From positions 606,139-670,138 of the forward strand of contig OX638379.1 in the NCBI GenBank assembly GCA_951813605.1: a stretch of DNA of 64,000 nucleotides. Reading direction: 5' to 3'. Numbering within the stretch: the first letter of the stretch is position 1; each line of letters begins with the position of its first letter. Below, in pieces: positions 1-9,955 of the stretch. The notes under the pieces are model-generated. The model was not told the DNA's origin. It was given only the letters and a program-made list of their open reading frames with translations, and ran no database searches. This DNA is from an uncultured Bryobacterales bacterium (GTDB taxonomy: Bacteria; Acidobacteriota; Terriglobia; Bryobacterales; UBA6623). The translations under genes and the position numbers were made by a program.

Positions 1-61
1 CGCCATACGATTCCCGAGCGCCGATGGCGAAACGTTCCACGGAGGGCTCACGAGTATCCCG

Positions 62-745
62 GTGCCCGAGGACAAGCTGCTGACGCTGTGCAACCGCCTG
101 GGATACCAATTTCGGGATCCGGCCTTGCTGCAGGTCGCCTTGACGCATAGTTCGGCGATCGACAAGAACGCGGTCTCGAACGAGCGCTTGGAATTCCTCG
201 GCGATGCCGTGCTGGGTCTTGCTGTTGGAGGTGCGCTCTTCAGGCGATTGCCTCTAGCCTCCGAGGGCGACCTGACCAAGCTAAAGGCTCGCTTCGTGAA
301 CAACGAGCATTTGTGCAAGGCCGCCCTTTGCTTGGATCTAGGCTCTTTCCTGCGTCTCGGAAAAGGGGAAGAGCAGGGCGGCGGACGGGAAAAACCTCGC
401 GTGCTTGCCGACGCCCTGGAAGCAGTTTTTGGCGCCGTCTATCTCGACGGTGGGATGGAGGCGGCATCCGGCGTGGCCGAACGCTGCATTCTCTTGGAAC
501 AGCCTTCGATCGACAAGAGGAGCAAGACGGCCTTGCAAGAGTGGCTGCAAGCGCGCGGTCGCGAGCTTCCTGAGTACGTCGTTGTTGCAGAAGAGGGGCC
601 GTCGCACCGTCGCACTTACGAGGTCGAGGTGCGTTGCGGCGAGCACGCTGCTCGGGGCAGGGCAAGTAGGAAAAAGCATGCCGAACAACACGCGGCCGCC
701 TTGGTTCTGGAGCGTCTGGTGTCTTCCGAGGGCGGCTCTTCCTAG
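62..745 (+). CDS. rnc: ribonuclease III
   Basis: 227-aa ORF with a GTG start. Has the RNase III signature 'ERLEFLGDAVLGL', the N-terminal 'LGYQFRDPALLQVALTHSS', and a C-terminal dsRBD-like 'KTALQEWLQARG...YEVEV'. Confidence 0.9.
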   Translation: MPEDKLLTLCNRLGYQFRDPALLQVALTHSSAIDKNAVSNERLEFLGDAVLGLAVGGALFRRLPLASEGDLTKLKARFVNNEHLCKAALCLDLGSFLRLGKGEEQGGGREKPRVLADALEAVFGAVYLDGGMEAASGVAERCILLEQPSIDKRSKTALQEWLQARGRELPEYVVVAEEGPSHRRTYEVEVRCGEHAARGRASRKKHAEQHAAALVLERLVSSEGGSS

Positions 746-775
746 CCCCCGCCGAGCTGCCCCACAGGTGCGATT

Positions 776-1357
776 ATGAATGCAAGATTGATCAGAATGG
801 CTATGCGATCGCTTTTTCTGTTCTTGGCACCTCTTTCGCTGTGCGCGGCCGTGGACCAAGACGCGTCGCTATCCGCGGCTCGGAAGTTCCAGAAAATCGC
901 CGAGGGGGCTTATGCCAGCGGCACATCCGTCGAAGTTTCACAGGACGAGATGAACGCCTTCCTGCGATTTCATGCAGCGGCTAGCATTCCGGAAGGCATA
1001 AGAGACGCGGGCTTGGAGTTTCGCGAGGGCGGAGCAATGCTTAGCGCGCAGGTCGACCTCGAGAAGGCGAGTGCGTCGTCCGAAGATTTACCGGCCTTGA
1101 TGCGCCTGCTACTTCGGGGAACGCGCCGCATCGTGCTGGACATCGATTACGCGGTCAGCGAGGGCTACGCGGCTACGAGGCTCGTCTCGATGACAATCGA
1201 GGACGTGGAACTCACAGGAGCCGTCTTGGAATGGTTCCTCGATTCCTTCGCGCCGTCGGAACTGCGCCCGTACTTGATGGGTGAGAAAGCGACCAGACAA
1301 CAAGGAGTGCGCGAGACGCGTTTGAAGCCGGGGCATGCGGTAATCGTAGTTGAGTAG
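776..1357 (+). CDS. hypothetical secreted protein
   Basis: 193-aa ORF with a signal-like N-terminus 'MRSLFLFLAPLSLCAAV' and coding-like GC3. No family recognised. Confidence 0.5.
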   Translation: MNARLIRMAMRSLFLFLAPLSLCAAVDQDASLSAARKFQKIAEGAYASGTSVEVSQDEMNAFLRFHAAASIPEGIRDAGLEFREGGAMLSAQVDLEKASASSEDLPALMRLLLRGTRRIVLDIDYAVSEGYAATRLVSMTIEDVELTGAVLEWFLDSFAPSELRPYLMGEKATRQQGVRETRLKPGHAVIVVE

Positions 1358-1395
1358 CGCAGGCTGGATTTCGTCGGTCGCAGTCTCGCGGGAAG

Positions 1396-2547
1396 GTGCG
1401 CGTCATGGCGGTTGAGCGGATTCTCGAATACATGCGGGAAAGGCAACCCGAGATCGTGGAGCAGATCCGCGCTCTCGTGGAGATCGAGTCCCCAACTGCG
1501 AGCAAGACTGGCGTGGACAGGGTAGTGGACGCCGTCACCGCTGCGGCCTCCGGCATCGCGGAGGTCAGGCGGTATCCGCAAGCCGAACACGGCGACCATC
1601 TCCGGCTCGAGTTCGACATCCCTACCCGGGGCGATGGCCAGGTGCTTGCGCTTGGGCACCTGGACACCGTGTGGCCCCTCGGCACCTTAGAGCGCATGCC
1701 GTGGCGCGTGAAGGAAAGCCGTCTGTGGGGCCCGGGCGTATTCGACATGAAGGCCGGGGTCGTCTACATGCTCTTCGCCGCACGGGCGCTGCGTGACCTC
1801 GGCTTGAGGTCTAGGCGACGCTTCGTAGCGCAGTTGAACTCAGACGAGGAGATCGGCAGCCCTTCGTCCACGCGTCTGACCAAGGCCGAGGCCCGGAGGA
1901 GTGCGGCGGTGCTTGTGGCGGAGCCCAGCTTCGGATTGGAAGGCAGCCTGAAGACCTCCCGCAAGGGCGGCGCTAGCTTTTGGATCGAGGCGCGGGGCGT
2001 CGCCTCGCATGCCGGACTGGACTTCGAATCCGGGGCCAGCGCGATTGTCGAGTTAGCTAGGCAAGTCCGGCGCGTGTCCGCTTGGACCAATCTGGACCGA
2101 GGAGTCACGGTGAATCCGGGCGTTTTCCGGGGTGGCAGCGCGTCGAACGTGGTTGCCGAGAAGGCGGCCGCACACGTCGATGTGCGATTCCAGACGAAGG
2201 GCCAAGCTTCGGATATCACGCGTCGGTTCAGGGAACTCGAACCACTTGACGCACGGTGCGAGATCCATATTACGGGCGGGATCGGCAAGATGCCGATGGA
2301 ACGTACCGACGATGTCATCCGGCTCTTCCGGCTGGCACAGTCGATTTCCGCGGAAATGGGAGTCGGTCTGGGCGAGGCTGCGGTTGGAGGCGGATCCGAC
2401 GGCAACACCACGGCGGCTATGGGCATACCGACCATCGACGGCCTAGGGGCGGTGGGGGAAGGCGCTCACGCGCTCCACGAAAGCATACTGATCGATCGGA
2501 TTGCTGACAGGGCGGCGCTGATGGCCGGCCTCGTCCATCGCCTGTAG
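1396..2547 (+). CDS. M20 family metallopeptidase (carboxypeptidase G2/ArgE-like)
   Basis: 383-aa ORF with M20 motifs 'LGHLDTVWP', 'FDMKAG', 'NSDEEIGS', 'VAEPS'. An alternative ATG lies at 1405. Confidence 0.8.
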   Translation: MRVMAVERILEYMRERQPEIVEQIRALVEIESPTASKTGVDRVVDAVTAAASGIAEVRRYPQAEHGDHLRLEFDIPTRGDGQVLALGHLDTVWPLGTLERMPWRVKESRLWGPGVFDMKAGVVYMLFAARALRDLGLRSRRRFVAQLNSDEEIGSPSSTRLTKAEARRSAAVLVAEPSFGLEGSLKTSRKGGASFWIEARGVASHAGLDFESGASAIVELARQVRRVSAWTNLDRGVTVNPGVFRGGSASNVVAEKAAAHVDVRFQTKGQASDITRRFRELEPLDARCEIHITGGIGKMPMERTDDVIRLFRLAQSISAEMGVGLGEAAVGGGSDGNTTAAMGIPTIDGLGAVGEGAHALHESILIDRIADRAALMAGLVHRL

Positions 2548-2579
2548 AATGCCCCGTCACCCGCCGCCGGGCTGGCTTG

Positions 2580-3293
2580 CTATCGGTGGCTGCGTCGCTT
2601 CCCCAAGAAAACGGCTTTCACGCAGAGTGCGGCGAGGGCCGCTAGGAAACCGATCATCGTGATGGGCGGCATCGATCCCGGCCAGGTCGACACGTCGAAC
2701 CAGCCCTTGTACCCCATCGCGAATGTATGGCCGCATGCCAATGCCAGCGTAGCGTAGCCCATGTGCTGGGCGTTCAGCCAACGCTGCATACCAAGAGCGT
2801 CGTACATGTAAGGTAGCGTCGTGATCGCGGGGAACAGCAGGCAGCCGTAGGCCAACACCCCGAACATGAATGTCAGCTCGCCGGTGAGGGTGAGCTTGCC
2901 CGAGTCCTGGAAGAAATTCGCGAAGTTCGCCGGGGACAGCAACACCATCGCCATCAGAACATGCATCGAAATCATTGCGAAGCCGGTAAGGCCGAAGAAT
3001 TTGGCCTTGGCGCGCACGGGTTCGGACCCGGGAACGCCGCCGAACAGCTTCCCGACCATGTAGGCTAGCGCGATGAACATCACGCCCGCCAAGGCGGCGG
3101 ACTTGTTCACGATGTAGAGAGGGAGGTGGGTCCAATCGACGCCTTTGAAGACGTTGTAGCGGACAGTCGCGTAGATCAGGCAGGGGACCCAAACTCCTAG
3201 CACCCAAGCGAAGCGCTCCCTGCTAGGCAGGCGAAGATTGGAACCCGGATTCGGGCGCAAGCCCTGTCGCCGGACGCGGGCGATTGAGTTCAT
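2580..3293 (-). CDS. integral membrane protein (possibly ferric-reductase/MsrQ-like TM domain)
   Basis: 237-aa ORF with about 6 hydrophobic segments and conserved-looking His residues ('ISMHVLMAM', 'ACGHTFAMGY'). The overlapping R-rich frame 2557..3207 looks like a shadow ORF. Confidence 0.45.
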   Translation of the reverse strand: MNSIARVRRQGLRPNPGSNLRLPSRERFAWVLGVWVPCLIYATVRYNVFKGVDWTHLPLYIVNKSAALAGVMFIALAYMVGKLFGGVPGSEPVRAKAKFFGLTGFAMISMHVLMAMVLLSPANFANFFQDSGKLTLTGELTFMFGVLAYGCLLFPAITTLPYMYDALGMQRWLNAQHMGYATLALACGHTFAMGYKGWFDVSTWPGSMPPITMIGFLAALAALCVKAVFLGKRRSHR

Positions 3294-3744
3294 AAGCTCT
3301 AGATCGCACCGAATATGATGCTAAGCCCTCCATTCTAGAGGTTCGCGACAAGCGGTCAATCGGGACGCAGAACCGTTGATTCAAGCCTGCAGATTCGTCC
3401 TCCGACAGGATGACCCGTTTTCTATGGTGCCCGCCTTTCCGTGCCAGGCTAACCTCGCGATGCAGTTCTACGGGCAAGCCACCGCGGCGGATTGCTCGCT
3501 AACCCTGGAATTGTTGCAGAGCGGAGCCGGTTCGCGTAGCGTGACTCGAGGCGAGGGATGCGTTACCGTGTCTCCAAACCGAAGCAATGCACGGGCAAAG
3601 GAACTTTATTCCGAACGCCGTTAGGGGTGTTCGCAGGGGGGGCCGAAGGAGTCCGGCGTCCATTTTTCCGCCAGTTCGGAGAATCTCGGGCTGGGAAGGC
3701 CGGCGGCACAAATCTAATCCAGCACGGAGACTTAGCACACCGCC

Positions 3745-5373
3745 ATGCCGGTAATCGACCCGTATTCCAGGAGTGTCAGCGAGCACCGAGAGCCGCCGCG
3801 CGGCCTGAGGTCGACGCTGCGCCACTTGGGCCCAGGCATGATCCTCGCCGGCTCGGTGGTCGGGTCGGGAGAATTGATCGTCACGACGAAGCTTGGTGCC
3901 GTCGCAGGCTTCGCTCTGCTCTGGTTCGTCCTGCTGTCGTGCTTCGTAAAGGTCGTCGTGCAAACGGAGCTCGCGCGTTACACGATTGTCAGTGGCGAGA
4001 CTTTCCTGCGCGTCTTCAATTCGCTGCCCGGGCCTTCCGGCAACAGGCCTGCTTGGCTGACCTTGCCCTGGATGGCGGCATTTGTCGTGGCTTGCGTTGT
4101 CGCGCTCGCGGCATTCGTGGGATTAGACGAGGCCGACCGCGGCGCATCGTCCGCGCTATGGCTGGCGGCGAGCGTAATCGCTGTCGGTTTGGTAGCTGCT
4201 TGGATCGCGGGCCGAAAGCAATCCCTTGATGCCCGCGTTTCGTCCCGACAGCCGGTGCAAGGGCCTATGAATTGGTTCACCTGGCTGTGGCTGGGATCGA
4301 TGCTCTTGGTGTTCGTGAATTCCGGCGCGATCCTAGGCGGGACCGGACAGGTGTTCGAAATGGTCTTCCCGGGCCTATTGGGCGAAGGGGGCGCGCGGTA
4401 CTGGTCAATCCTGCTTGCGGCCTTTTGCGGGGCGATTCTCCTGGCGGGCACATACGCCTCGCTGGAAAAGACCTTGGTCGTGCTGGTCTCCTTGTTCACT
4501 GTCGTCACGGTGATTTGCGCGATCCTGCTGCACTGGACCGATTTCGCCGTCGACTGGCCCGAAGTGGCAACCGGTTTTTCGCTTGGCCTTCCAGACCAAA
4601 TCACGACGACCCTCGTCTTGACCGCGTTGGCGATGTATTCGGGAACGGGCGTGTCGTTTAGCGAAATGTGGAACTACACCTACTGGTGTGTCGAGAAGGG
4701 ATACGCGCGGAATGTCGGAGAGCCTCAGCCCGGCCCCGCTTGGCGGCACAGGGCGCGGGGATGGATTCGTGTCATGTACACGGACGCAACGGTCACGATG
4801 GTCGTGTACACAGCCAGCACCATCTGTTTCTACCTGTTGGGGGCCGCGATCCTCCACGTGCAGGGACTTGACCCGGACGGGCGCGAGACCCTCTCCGTGC
4901 TCAGCGCCATCTATACGGACGGGCTTGGCAACTGGGCAGCGGGCCTGTTCCTTGTGGGCGCATTCTTTGTCTTGGTGAGCACCGTCTTGTCGGGCACCGC
5001 AGGGACCAGTCGCATGCTGGCCGACGTTCTTGGCGTGATCGGCCTGATTGATGGGTCCGACTACGCCGTGCGCCTGCGCTTCATCCGGGTGTTCGTGGTT
5101 GTGTCGCTGACGCTATACTCCATTGCCTATTGGCTGTTCGAGAATCCGCCTCAGATGCTGCTCGTCACAAGCAGCTTGATCGCGGCTGTGATGTACCCCG
5201 TGCTCGGGCTAGGCACGCTGTATCTCCGGCACCGCAAGGTGGCACCCGGAATAGCCCCAAGCAGGCCCACTACGATCTGGCTGTGGGTTTGCGCGATTGT
5301 ACTGACTGTGATCTCGCCCGCCGGAATCCTCTTGGCGCTCGCGATCGGTGCGGGTTGGGTGCACTTCGGCTGA
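3745..5373 (+). CDS. Nramp-family-like divalent metal transporter
   Basis: 542-aa polytopic membrane ORF. The N-terminal 'LGPGMILAGSVVGSGELIVTTKLGA' resembles the Nramp/MntH TM1 region. Assignment is by recall only. Confidence 0.6.
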   Translation: MPVIDPYSRSVSEHREPPRGLRSTLRHLGPGMILAGSVVGSGELIVTTKLGAVAGFALLWFVLLSCFVKVVVQTELARYTIVSGETFLRVFNSLPGPSGNRPAWLTLPWMAAFVVACVVALAAFVGLDEADRGASSALWLAASVIAVGLVAAWIAGRKQSLDARVSSRQPVQGPMNWFTWLWLGSMLLVFVNSGAILGGTGQVFEMVFPGLLGEGGARYWSILLAAFCGAILLAGTYASLEKTLVVLVSLFTVVTVICAILLHWTDFAVDWPEVATGFSLGLPDQITTTLVLTALAMYSGTGVSFSEMWNYTYWCVEKGYARNVGEPQPGPAWRHRARGWIRVMYTDATVTMVVYTASTICFYLLGAAILHVQGLDPDGRETLSVLSAIYTDGLGNWAAGLFLVGAFFVLVSTVLSGTAGTSRMLADVLGVIGLIDGSDYAVRLRFIRVFVVVSLTLYSIAYWLFENPPQMLLVTSSLIAAVMYPVLGLGTLYLRHRKVAPGIAPSRPTTIWLWVCAIVLTVISPAGILLALAIGAGWVHFG

Positions 5374-5394
5374 GGCGGCTGACAGCCGAGGCGG

Positions 5395-6411
5395 CTAGCG
5401 GCCGACCGCTGCGATCAGCGCTTGGATAAACCCAACCGTCCAAGCCCGTCCGCGGTGGCACCATTCGCCATCGCCAGCCATTCTAGGGACGTGATCGGGA
5501 AGGATGAATCCGCGGAACCCCACCTGCTTGAGCGCCCGCATTGTCTCCACCGGATCGCAGTTGCCATTGCCCAGAAAGCACTCGGTAAAGTCCTCGACAG
5601 GGCCTTGGACGTCGCGGAAATGGACGTAGAAGATCTTTCCGCGATCTCCGAAGAAGCGGATCGCGTCAATCACGCCTTCCCCCGCCCGCATCTCCGACCA
5701 GCACCCGTGGCAGAAATCCAGTCCGTGCATCGGGCTGTCGAAAGTCGCCATGGCACGTCGGAAGTTACCAAAATTCCGGAATACCCGCCCGATGCCTCCC
5801 AGCATGGGAACCGGCGGGTCGTCAGGATGGAGGGCCAGACGCAAGCCGACTTCCTCGCAGACCGGCAGGATGCGTTCCAAGTACCAGCAATAGTTCTCCC
5901 AGATTTCTTCCTCGGAGTACTCCCGCTCGACTGGTGCGCCACCCCAGATCGAATACGTTCCGCCGTCTCCCGGCTGCACGGATTGGGCCGTCTCCAACTG
6001 GAAGGAGGTGGCTTGCGCACCGCCCCGCACGGGGGTGTCACCCGCCGTCCGCCACACCCCTGCAGGCATGAAGGCATAACCCAGAACGGGGATGCCTGCA
6101 CGTGCGACGTTCTTGACCGTGTAGACCATGTTCTCGAGCTGCTTTTCCCGGCCGTTGTGGCCGAGCATGATTTGGTCGTAGAATTGCCGAGGCACGTTTT
6201 CGATCGCGATCAAGCGCAATCGTGCTTTTTCCGCCCGGTCCACCAACAGCGCGAGATCCTCGTACTCCCAGCGCTCCCTGCCCGGAAGCGAGGGTGTGTT
6301 CAACTGGAAGTCGTCGCACCCGCACTGCTTGATGAATTGCAGCCGGGACGGCGTGATTTGTTGGAACTGTCCCAGCGCAACGCGCATCGGCAGGCTGTCG
6401 ATGTCGATCAT
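5395..6411 (-). CDS. uxuA: mannonate dehydratase family protein (short form)
   Basis: 338-aa ORF. Its blocks 'LALHPDDPPVPMLGGIGRVF', 'IFYVHFRDV' and 'ILPDHVPRM' parallel E. coli UxuA 'AVHPDDPPRPILGLPRIV', 'IYFTHLRS' and 'PMRPDHGHQM'. Confidence 0.65.
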   Translation of the reverse strand: MIDIDSLPMRVALGQFQQITPSRLQFIKQCGCDDFQLNTPSLPGRERWEYEDLALLVDRAEKARLRLIAIENVPRQFYDQIMLGHNGREKQLENMVYTVKNVARAGIPVLGYAFMPAGVWRTAGDTPVRGGAQATSFQLETAQSVQPGDGGTYSIWGGAPVEREYSEEEIWENYCWYLERILPVCEEVGLRLALHPDDPPVPMLGGIGRVFRNFGNFRRAMATFDSPMHGLDFCHGCWSEMRAGEGVIDAIRFFGDRGKIFYVHFRDVQGPVEDFTECFLGNGNCDPVETMRALKQVGFRGFILPDHVPRMAGDGEWCHRGRAWTVGFIQALIAAVGR

Positions 6412-6558
6412 TTGGCCTCCGCGGTGTGACGGGGGGCGCCGCCTTTCCGGCTCTGTTGGGAGTCTTGAGGAGCCTGCCTACGGCTCCCACCACCAATGCG
6501 GCAGTAGCCGGCCCCGAAACACCGCCCGAAGTATAGCCGCTTCGGCCATAATCGATCC

Positions 6559-8061
6559 GTGCCGAGAATTCTCGTAGCCGAGTGCAAGCAAGAGGTCTCG
6601 TCTTTCAACCCGGTTCGAAGTGGCTATGACGACTTCGTGGTTCGGCGCGGCACGGAATTCTTCGACTACCACCGCGCCGCCAGGGCGGAGGTGGGCGGAG
6701 CGCTGGAGGCGCTTGCGGAGCAGCGTCGCTACGAAACCGTTCCGACCTACAGCGCCAAGGCCATCACTTCGGGAGGGACTCTTGCAGACGCGAGCTTCGC
6801 GCGCATCGCCGACGAGTTTCTCTCTAGCTTGCACGAAGCCAATTCGCCTAGCGGAGCATATTTCGCGCTGCATGGCGCGATGGCTGCAGAGAGCGAGGGC
6901 GATCCGGAAGGCTTCCTGCTGGAAGAGAGCAGACGGATCCTCGGCGAAGAAATCCCGATTTTGGTGTCGCTTGACCTCCATGCGGTACTCACCGATCGCA
7001 TGCTCCGACACAGCGACGCAATTGTCGCCTTCCACACCTATCCGCATGTGGACTTCTACGAGACCGGGGCCAGGGCCGCGCGGATTCTCATGCGAATCCT
7101 CGGGGGCGAGGCCCGTCCTGTGACGGCGCGGGTCAAGATTCCGATGCTCGTCCGTGGTGACGAATTGATAACTGACTCGGGGAGCTTCGGTCAGGTCATT
7201 GGAGAGGCGAAGGCCTTTGAACGGGATTCCCGAGGTCTTTCGGCGGGAGTGACGATCGGGAATCCATTCACGGACGTGCCGGCCCTGCGCTCAAACAGCC
7301 TAGCCGTCGCGAACGGCGACCTTGAATGTGCCGTGCGATGCGCGACAAGACTCGCCGGCCAGATGTGGGAGCGCCGCGAAGGCATGCAGGCATCCCTCAC
7401 GGCCGTGGCGGAAGCAGTCGGGCTTGCGGGGCGGACGCGTGGCACGGCGGTGCTGATGGACGCTGCAGATGCCACGAGTTCCGGCGCCTCGGGCGATGGC
7501 AACGCAATTCTCCGCGAGGTCTGGAAGTCTGGATTCGAAGGCAGCGTGCTCGCGCCAATTGTCGATCCTCCAGCGGTGAGCAGCGCCTTCGTCGCTGGGA
7601 TAGGCGGCTCGATTCGCACTAGAGTCGGCGGTGCCCTTGACCCAGCTCGGTTTCGCCCGCTTGAAATCGAGGCCCGAGTCAAAATGCTCTCGGACGGGAG
7701 TTTTCGAAGCGAGACATTCGGGAGCGAATGGCACGCCGGACCGACCGCCGTCCTCGAGAGCGGTCGACGGGTATTGGTGGTGACGAGCCGCCCCGTGAGT
7801 CTGTACGACCGGGCATTGTTTCTTGCGCACGGCCACGACCCGAAGAGGTTCGACTTGGTCGTGGTGAAGTCCCCGCACTGCGAGTCGCCTATGTACCGCG
7901 ACTGGTGCGGGCGGCTGATCAATGTGGACGGGCCGGGCGCAACCAGCGCCAACGTTCGAACCTTGGGGCACCGAAAATGCGCTCGACCGGTCTTCCCATT
8001 GGACAGCCCTCCGGAGTTCGTTCCCGAAGTGACCGTCTATCAGCGAGATCGTTACGCCTGA
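6559..8061 (+). CDS. M81 family metallopeptidase (MlrC-like)
   Basis: 500-aa ORF. The N-terminus 'MPRILVAECKQEVSSFNPV' and overall length are typical of MlrC/DUF1485 proteins. Transcribed divergently from the uxuA-like gene. Confidence 0.7.
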   Translation: MPRILVAECKQEVSSFNPVRSGYDDFVVRRGTEFFDYHRAARAEVGGALEALAEQRRYETVPTYSAKAITSGGTLADASFARIADEFLSSLHEANSPSGAYFALHGAMAAESEGDPEGFLLEESRRILGEEIPILVSLDLHAVLTDRMLRHSDAIVAFHTYPHVDFYETGARAARILMRILGGEARPVTARVKIPMLVRGDELITDSGSFGQVIGEAKAFERDSRGLSAGVTIGNPFTDVPALRSNSLAVANGDLECAVRCATRLAGQMWERREGMQASLTAVAEAVGLAGRTRGTAVLMDAADATSSGASGDGNAILREVWKSGFEGSVLAPIVDPPAVSSAFVAGIGGSIRTRVGGALDPARFRPLEIEARVKMLSDGSFRSETFGSEWHAGPTAVLESGRRVLVVTSRPVSLYDRALFLAHGHDPKRFDLVVVKSPHCESPMYRDWCGRLINVDGPGATSANVRTLGHRKCARPVFPLDSPPEFVPEVTVYQRDRYA

Positions 8062-8490
8062 CGTGTCGGGACGGATCGGGCCCCGGCGGTTCCCTCTGCA
8101 AACGCATACGGACCGCAGGTTCGATCCAATCGTTGAAGTGTTGCGCCAGGCATTCCAAGGAAATCGGCTGGAGCGATTGGCCGAATCTCAGCGCGACCGT
8201 AGAATTGACCCGCCGGCATGAAACTACAATCGACGGGATCCCTGCTCTCCTCGAAACGGCTGACCAGTCCACTGCCGACTCTTGGATGAGGCTGTGCCCC
8301 TCGCGCGAAAGAGAGCGCCAGCAACTGCGGATACATTGCCCAGATTTGGCGTGGCGCCTGTCCGATTCGGAACTGCTTGGTCAAGAGCGACTCGGAAGCG
8401 GTTTTCCCGAGCCCTATCGTGACTTTGACAGAATACAATCGCTTTGGGCGATCAGATTCCGATTTGATCCGCCGATTCTCCGCAACGACG

Positions 8491-9924
8491 ATGTCTCGAT
8501 CCAGCAAGACCTGCGTGACTTGGCTTGTTGCGAGAGTCTTGGTCCTGCTGGCGCTGGCGCCCGCAGCACGCCCCGCTGAGCAGCCGAACATCATTTTCTT
8601 GTACGCCGACGACCAAGCGGCTTGGACTGTAGGCGCCTTGGGCAACAGTCAGGCGCGCACCCCAAACATCGACCGCCTGTACGCGGAAGGAGTGGGGCTG
8701 ACGAACGCCTTCACGACCACGCCGGTTTGCAGCCCGTCGCGTGCCGGGCTAATGGCGAGTCGGTATGGCACCGAGCTCGGCATCACCGACTATCTCAATC
8801 GATCCCAAGAGCCCGGTAACGGCTTGGACCCAGACTTGCCGACTTGGCCGAAGCTGCTGCAAGCTGCGGGGTACGAGACGAGCTTTGTCGGCAAGTGGCA
8901 TTTGGGGAGTTTGGACAAGTTTCTGCCGACGCGAAACGGCTACGATTCCTTCTACGGATTCAGGACCGGGGCGTCCATTTCCAAAGATCCCGTGGTGGAG
9001 TCCGACGGCGCAGAGCGGAGGGTCCGGGGCTACACGCCAGACATTCTGACGGACGAGGCAATCCGGTTCATTCGCGCCGCGGCTGGGCCCGCGCCTTTCC
9101 TTCTGAGCCTGCATTTCTGGGCTCCTCACGCCAACACGGCCAACCGGACGCCCGACGGCGACAGGACATGGCTGCCTCTAAGCGACGCGGACTGGGCTTT
9201 TTTTCGCAACCTCGACCTAGCGTTGCCGCAACCGCATTACCCTGGTCTCGACATTCCGCGGGCTAGGCGCATGCTCGCCGAGTACCTCGGGGCCGTGGCG
9301 AGTCTGGACCGCAACGTAGGCCGCCTGCTCGAGACCATTGACGATCTAGGCATCGGCGACAACACCGTCGTCATATTCACTAGCGACCACGGCTTCAACA
9401 TGGGGCACAACGGTATCTGGCACAAGGGCAACGGCCGCTGGTTGCTTACAGACAACCGCGGCGCACGCTCCAACATGTACGACCATTCGATCCGCGTTCC
9501 GGCCGTCGTGCGATGGCCTTCCCGGATTCGGTCCGGCACCACAGTAGGCCAAGTCGTCATCAATCTCGATTGGTTCCCAACCCTGCTAGCGATAGCTGAC
9601 GTCGAGGTGCCGGCCGGCGCGACATTGAGGGGAGCGAGCTTCTTGCCTCTGTTAGAAGGCAGGCGCATTTCTTGGCGGACAGCCTTCTACGGAGAGTATC
9701 GGCAGTTGCATCAGGAACAAGTAGATCAGCGGATGTGGCGCACTCCCCGGTGGAAGCTGGTGCGCGACAGCCGGCCCGGTATGGACGAGCTCTACGATCT
9801 TGCCGAGGACCCGGAAGAGCACCTCAATCTCATTGGAGACGATCGCCCGGAAATCAGCGAAGTGGTCTCCCGGCTGGACGCAGCCCTGCGCAATAGGATT
9901 CTGCAGATTGCAGAGGGCCCTTGA
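8491..9924 (+). CDS. Cys-type sulfatase
   Basis: Signal peptide 'MSRSSKTCVTWLVARVLVLLALAPAARPA', then 'PNIIFLYADDQ' and the formylglycine motif 'CSPSRAGLMASR'. The ORF track begins at 8377, but the ATG at 8491 gives a canonical signal peptide. Confidence 0.85.
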   Translation: MSRSSKTCVTWLVARVLVLLALAPAARPAEQPNIIFLYADDQAAWTVGALGNSQARTPNIDRLYAEGVGLTNAFTTTPVCSPSRAGLMASRYGTELGITDYLNRSQEPGNGLDPDLPTWPKLLQAAGYETSFVGKWHLGSLDKFLPTRNGYDSFYGFRTGASISKDPVVESDGAERRVRGYTPDILTDEAIRFIRAAAGPAPFLLSLHFWAPHANTANRTPDGDRTWLPLSDADWAFFRNLDLALPQPHYPGLDIPRARRMLAEYLGAVASLDRNVGRLLETIDDLGIGDNTVVIFTSDHGFNMGHNGIWHKGNGRWLLTDNRGARSNMYDHSIRVPAVVRWPSRIRSGTTVGQVVINLDWFPTLLAIADVEVPAGATLRGASFLPLLEGRRISWRTAFYGEYRQLHQEQVDQRMWRTPRWKLVRDSRPGMDELYDLAEDPEEHLNLIGDDRPEISEVVSRLDAALRNRILQIAEGP

Positions 9925-9955
9925 TCGGCTGGTTGCGGTGGTGGACAATATAGAA

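Noticed and set aside
2-61. The frame of rnc remains open upstream to the window edge, raising the possibility of an earlier start or a fused upstream gene.
   Set aside because: The GTG at 62 places the conserved 'LGYQF.DP.LL..ALTHSS' block at the usual distance from the N-terminus. The upstream 20 codons show no resemblance to anything.
3294-3744. Looked for a Mn-responsive (yybP-ykoY-type) riboswitch or other leader element in the 450-bp region upstream of the Nramp-like transporter.
   Set aside because: I could not identify the conserved riboswitch core or a convincing four-way-junction pairing by eye. It needs an Infernal scan before any claim.
8052-8645. 197-aa minus-strand ORF spanning the 430-bp gap between the MlrC-like gene and the first sulfatase. 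I also noted a TTGACA / TACAAT pair near 8425-8439.
   Set aside because: The ORF overlaps the sulfatase signal-peptide region and has no family resemblance. The two promoter-like hexamers are too close together to form one promoter.
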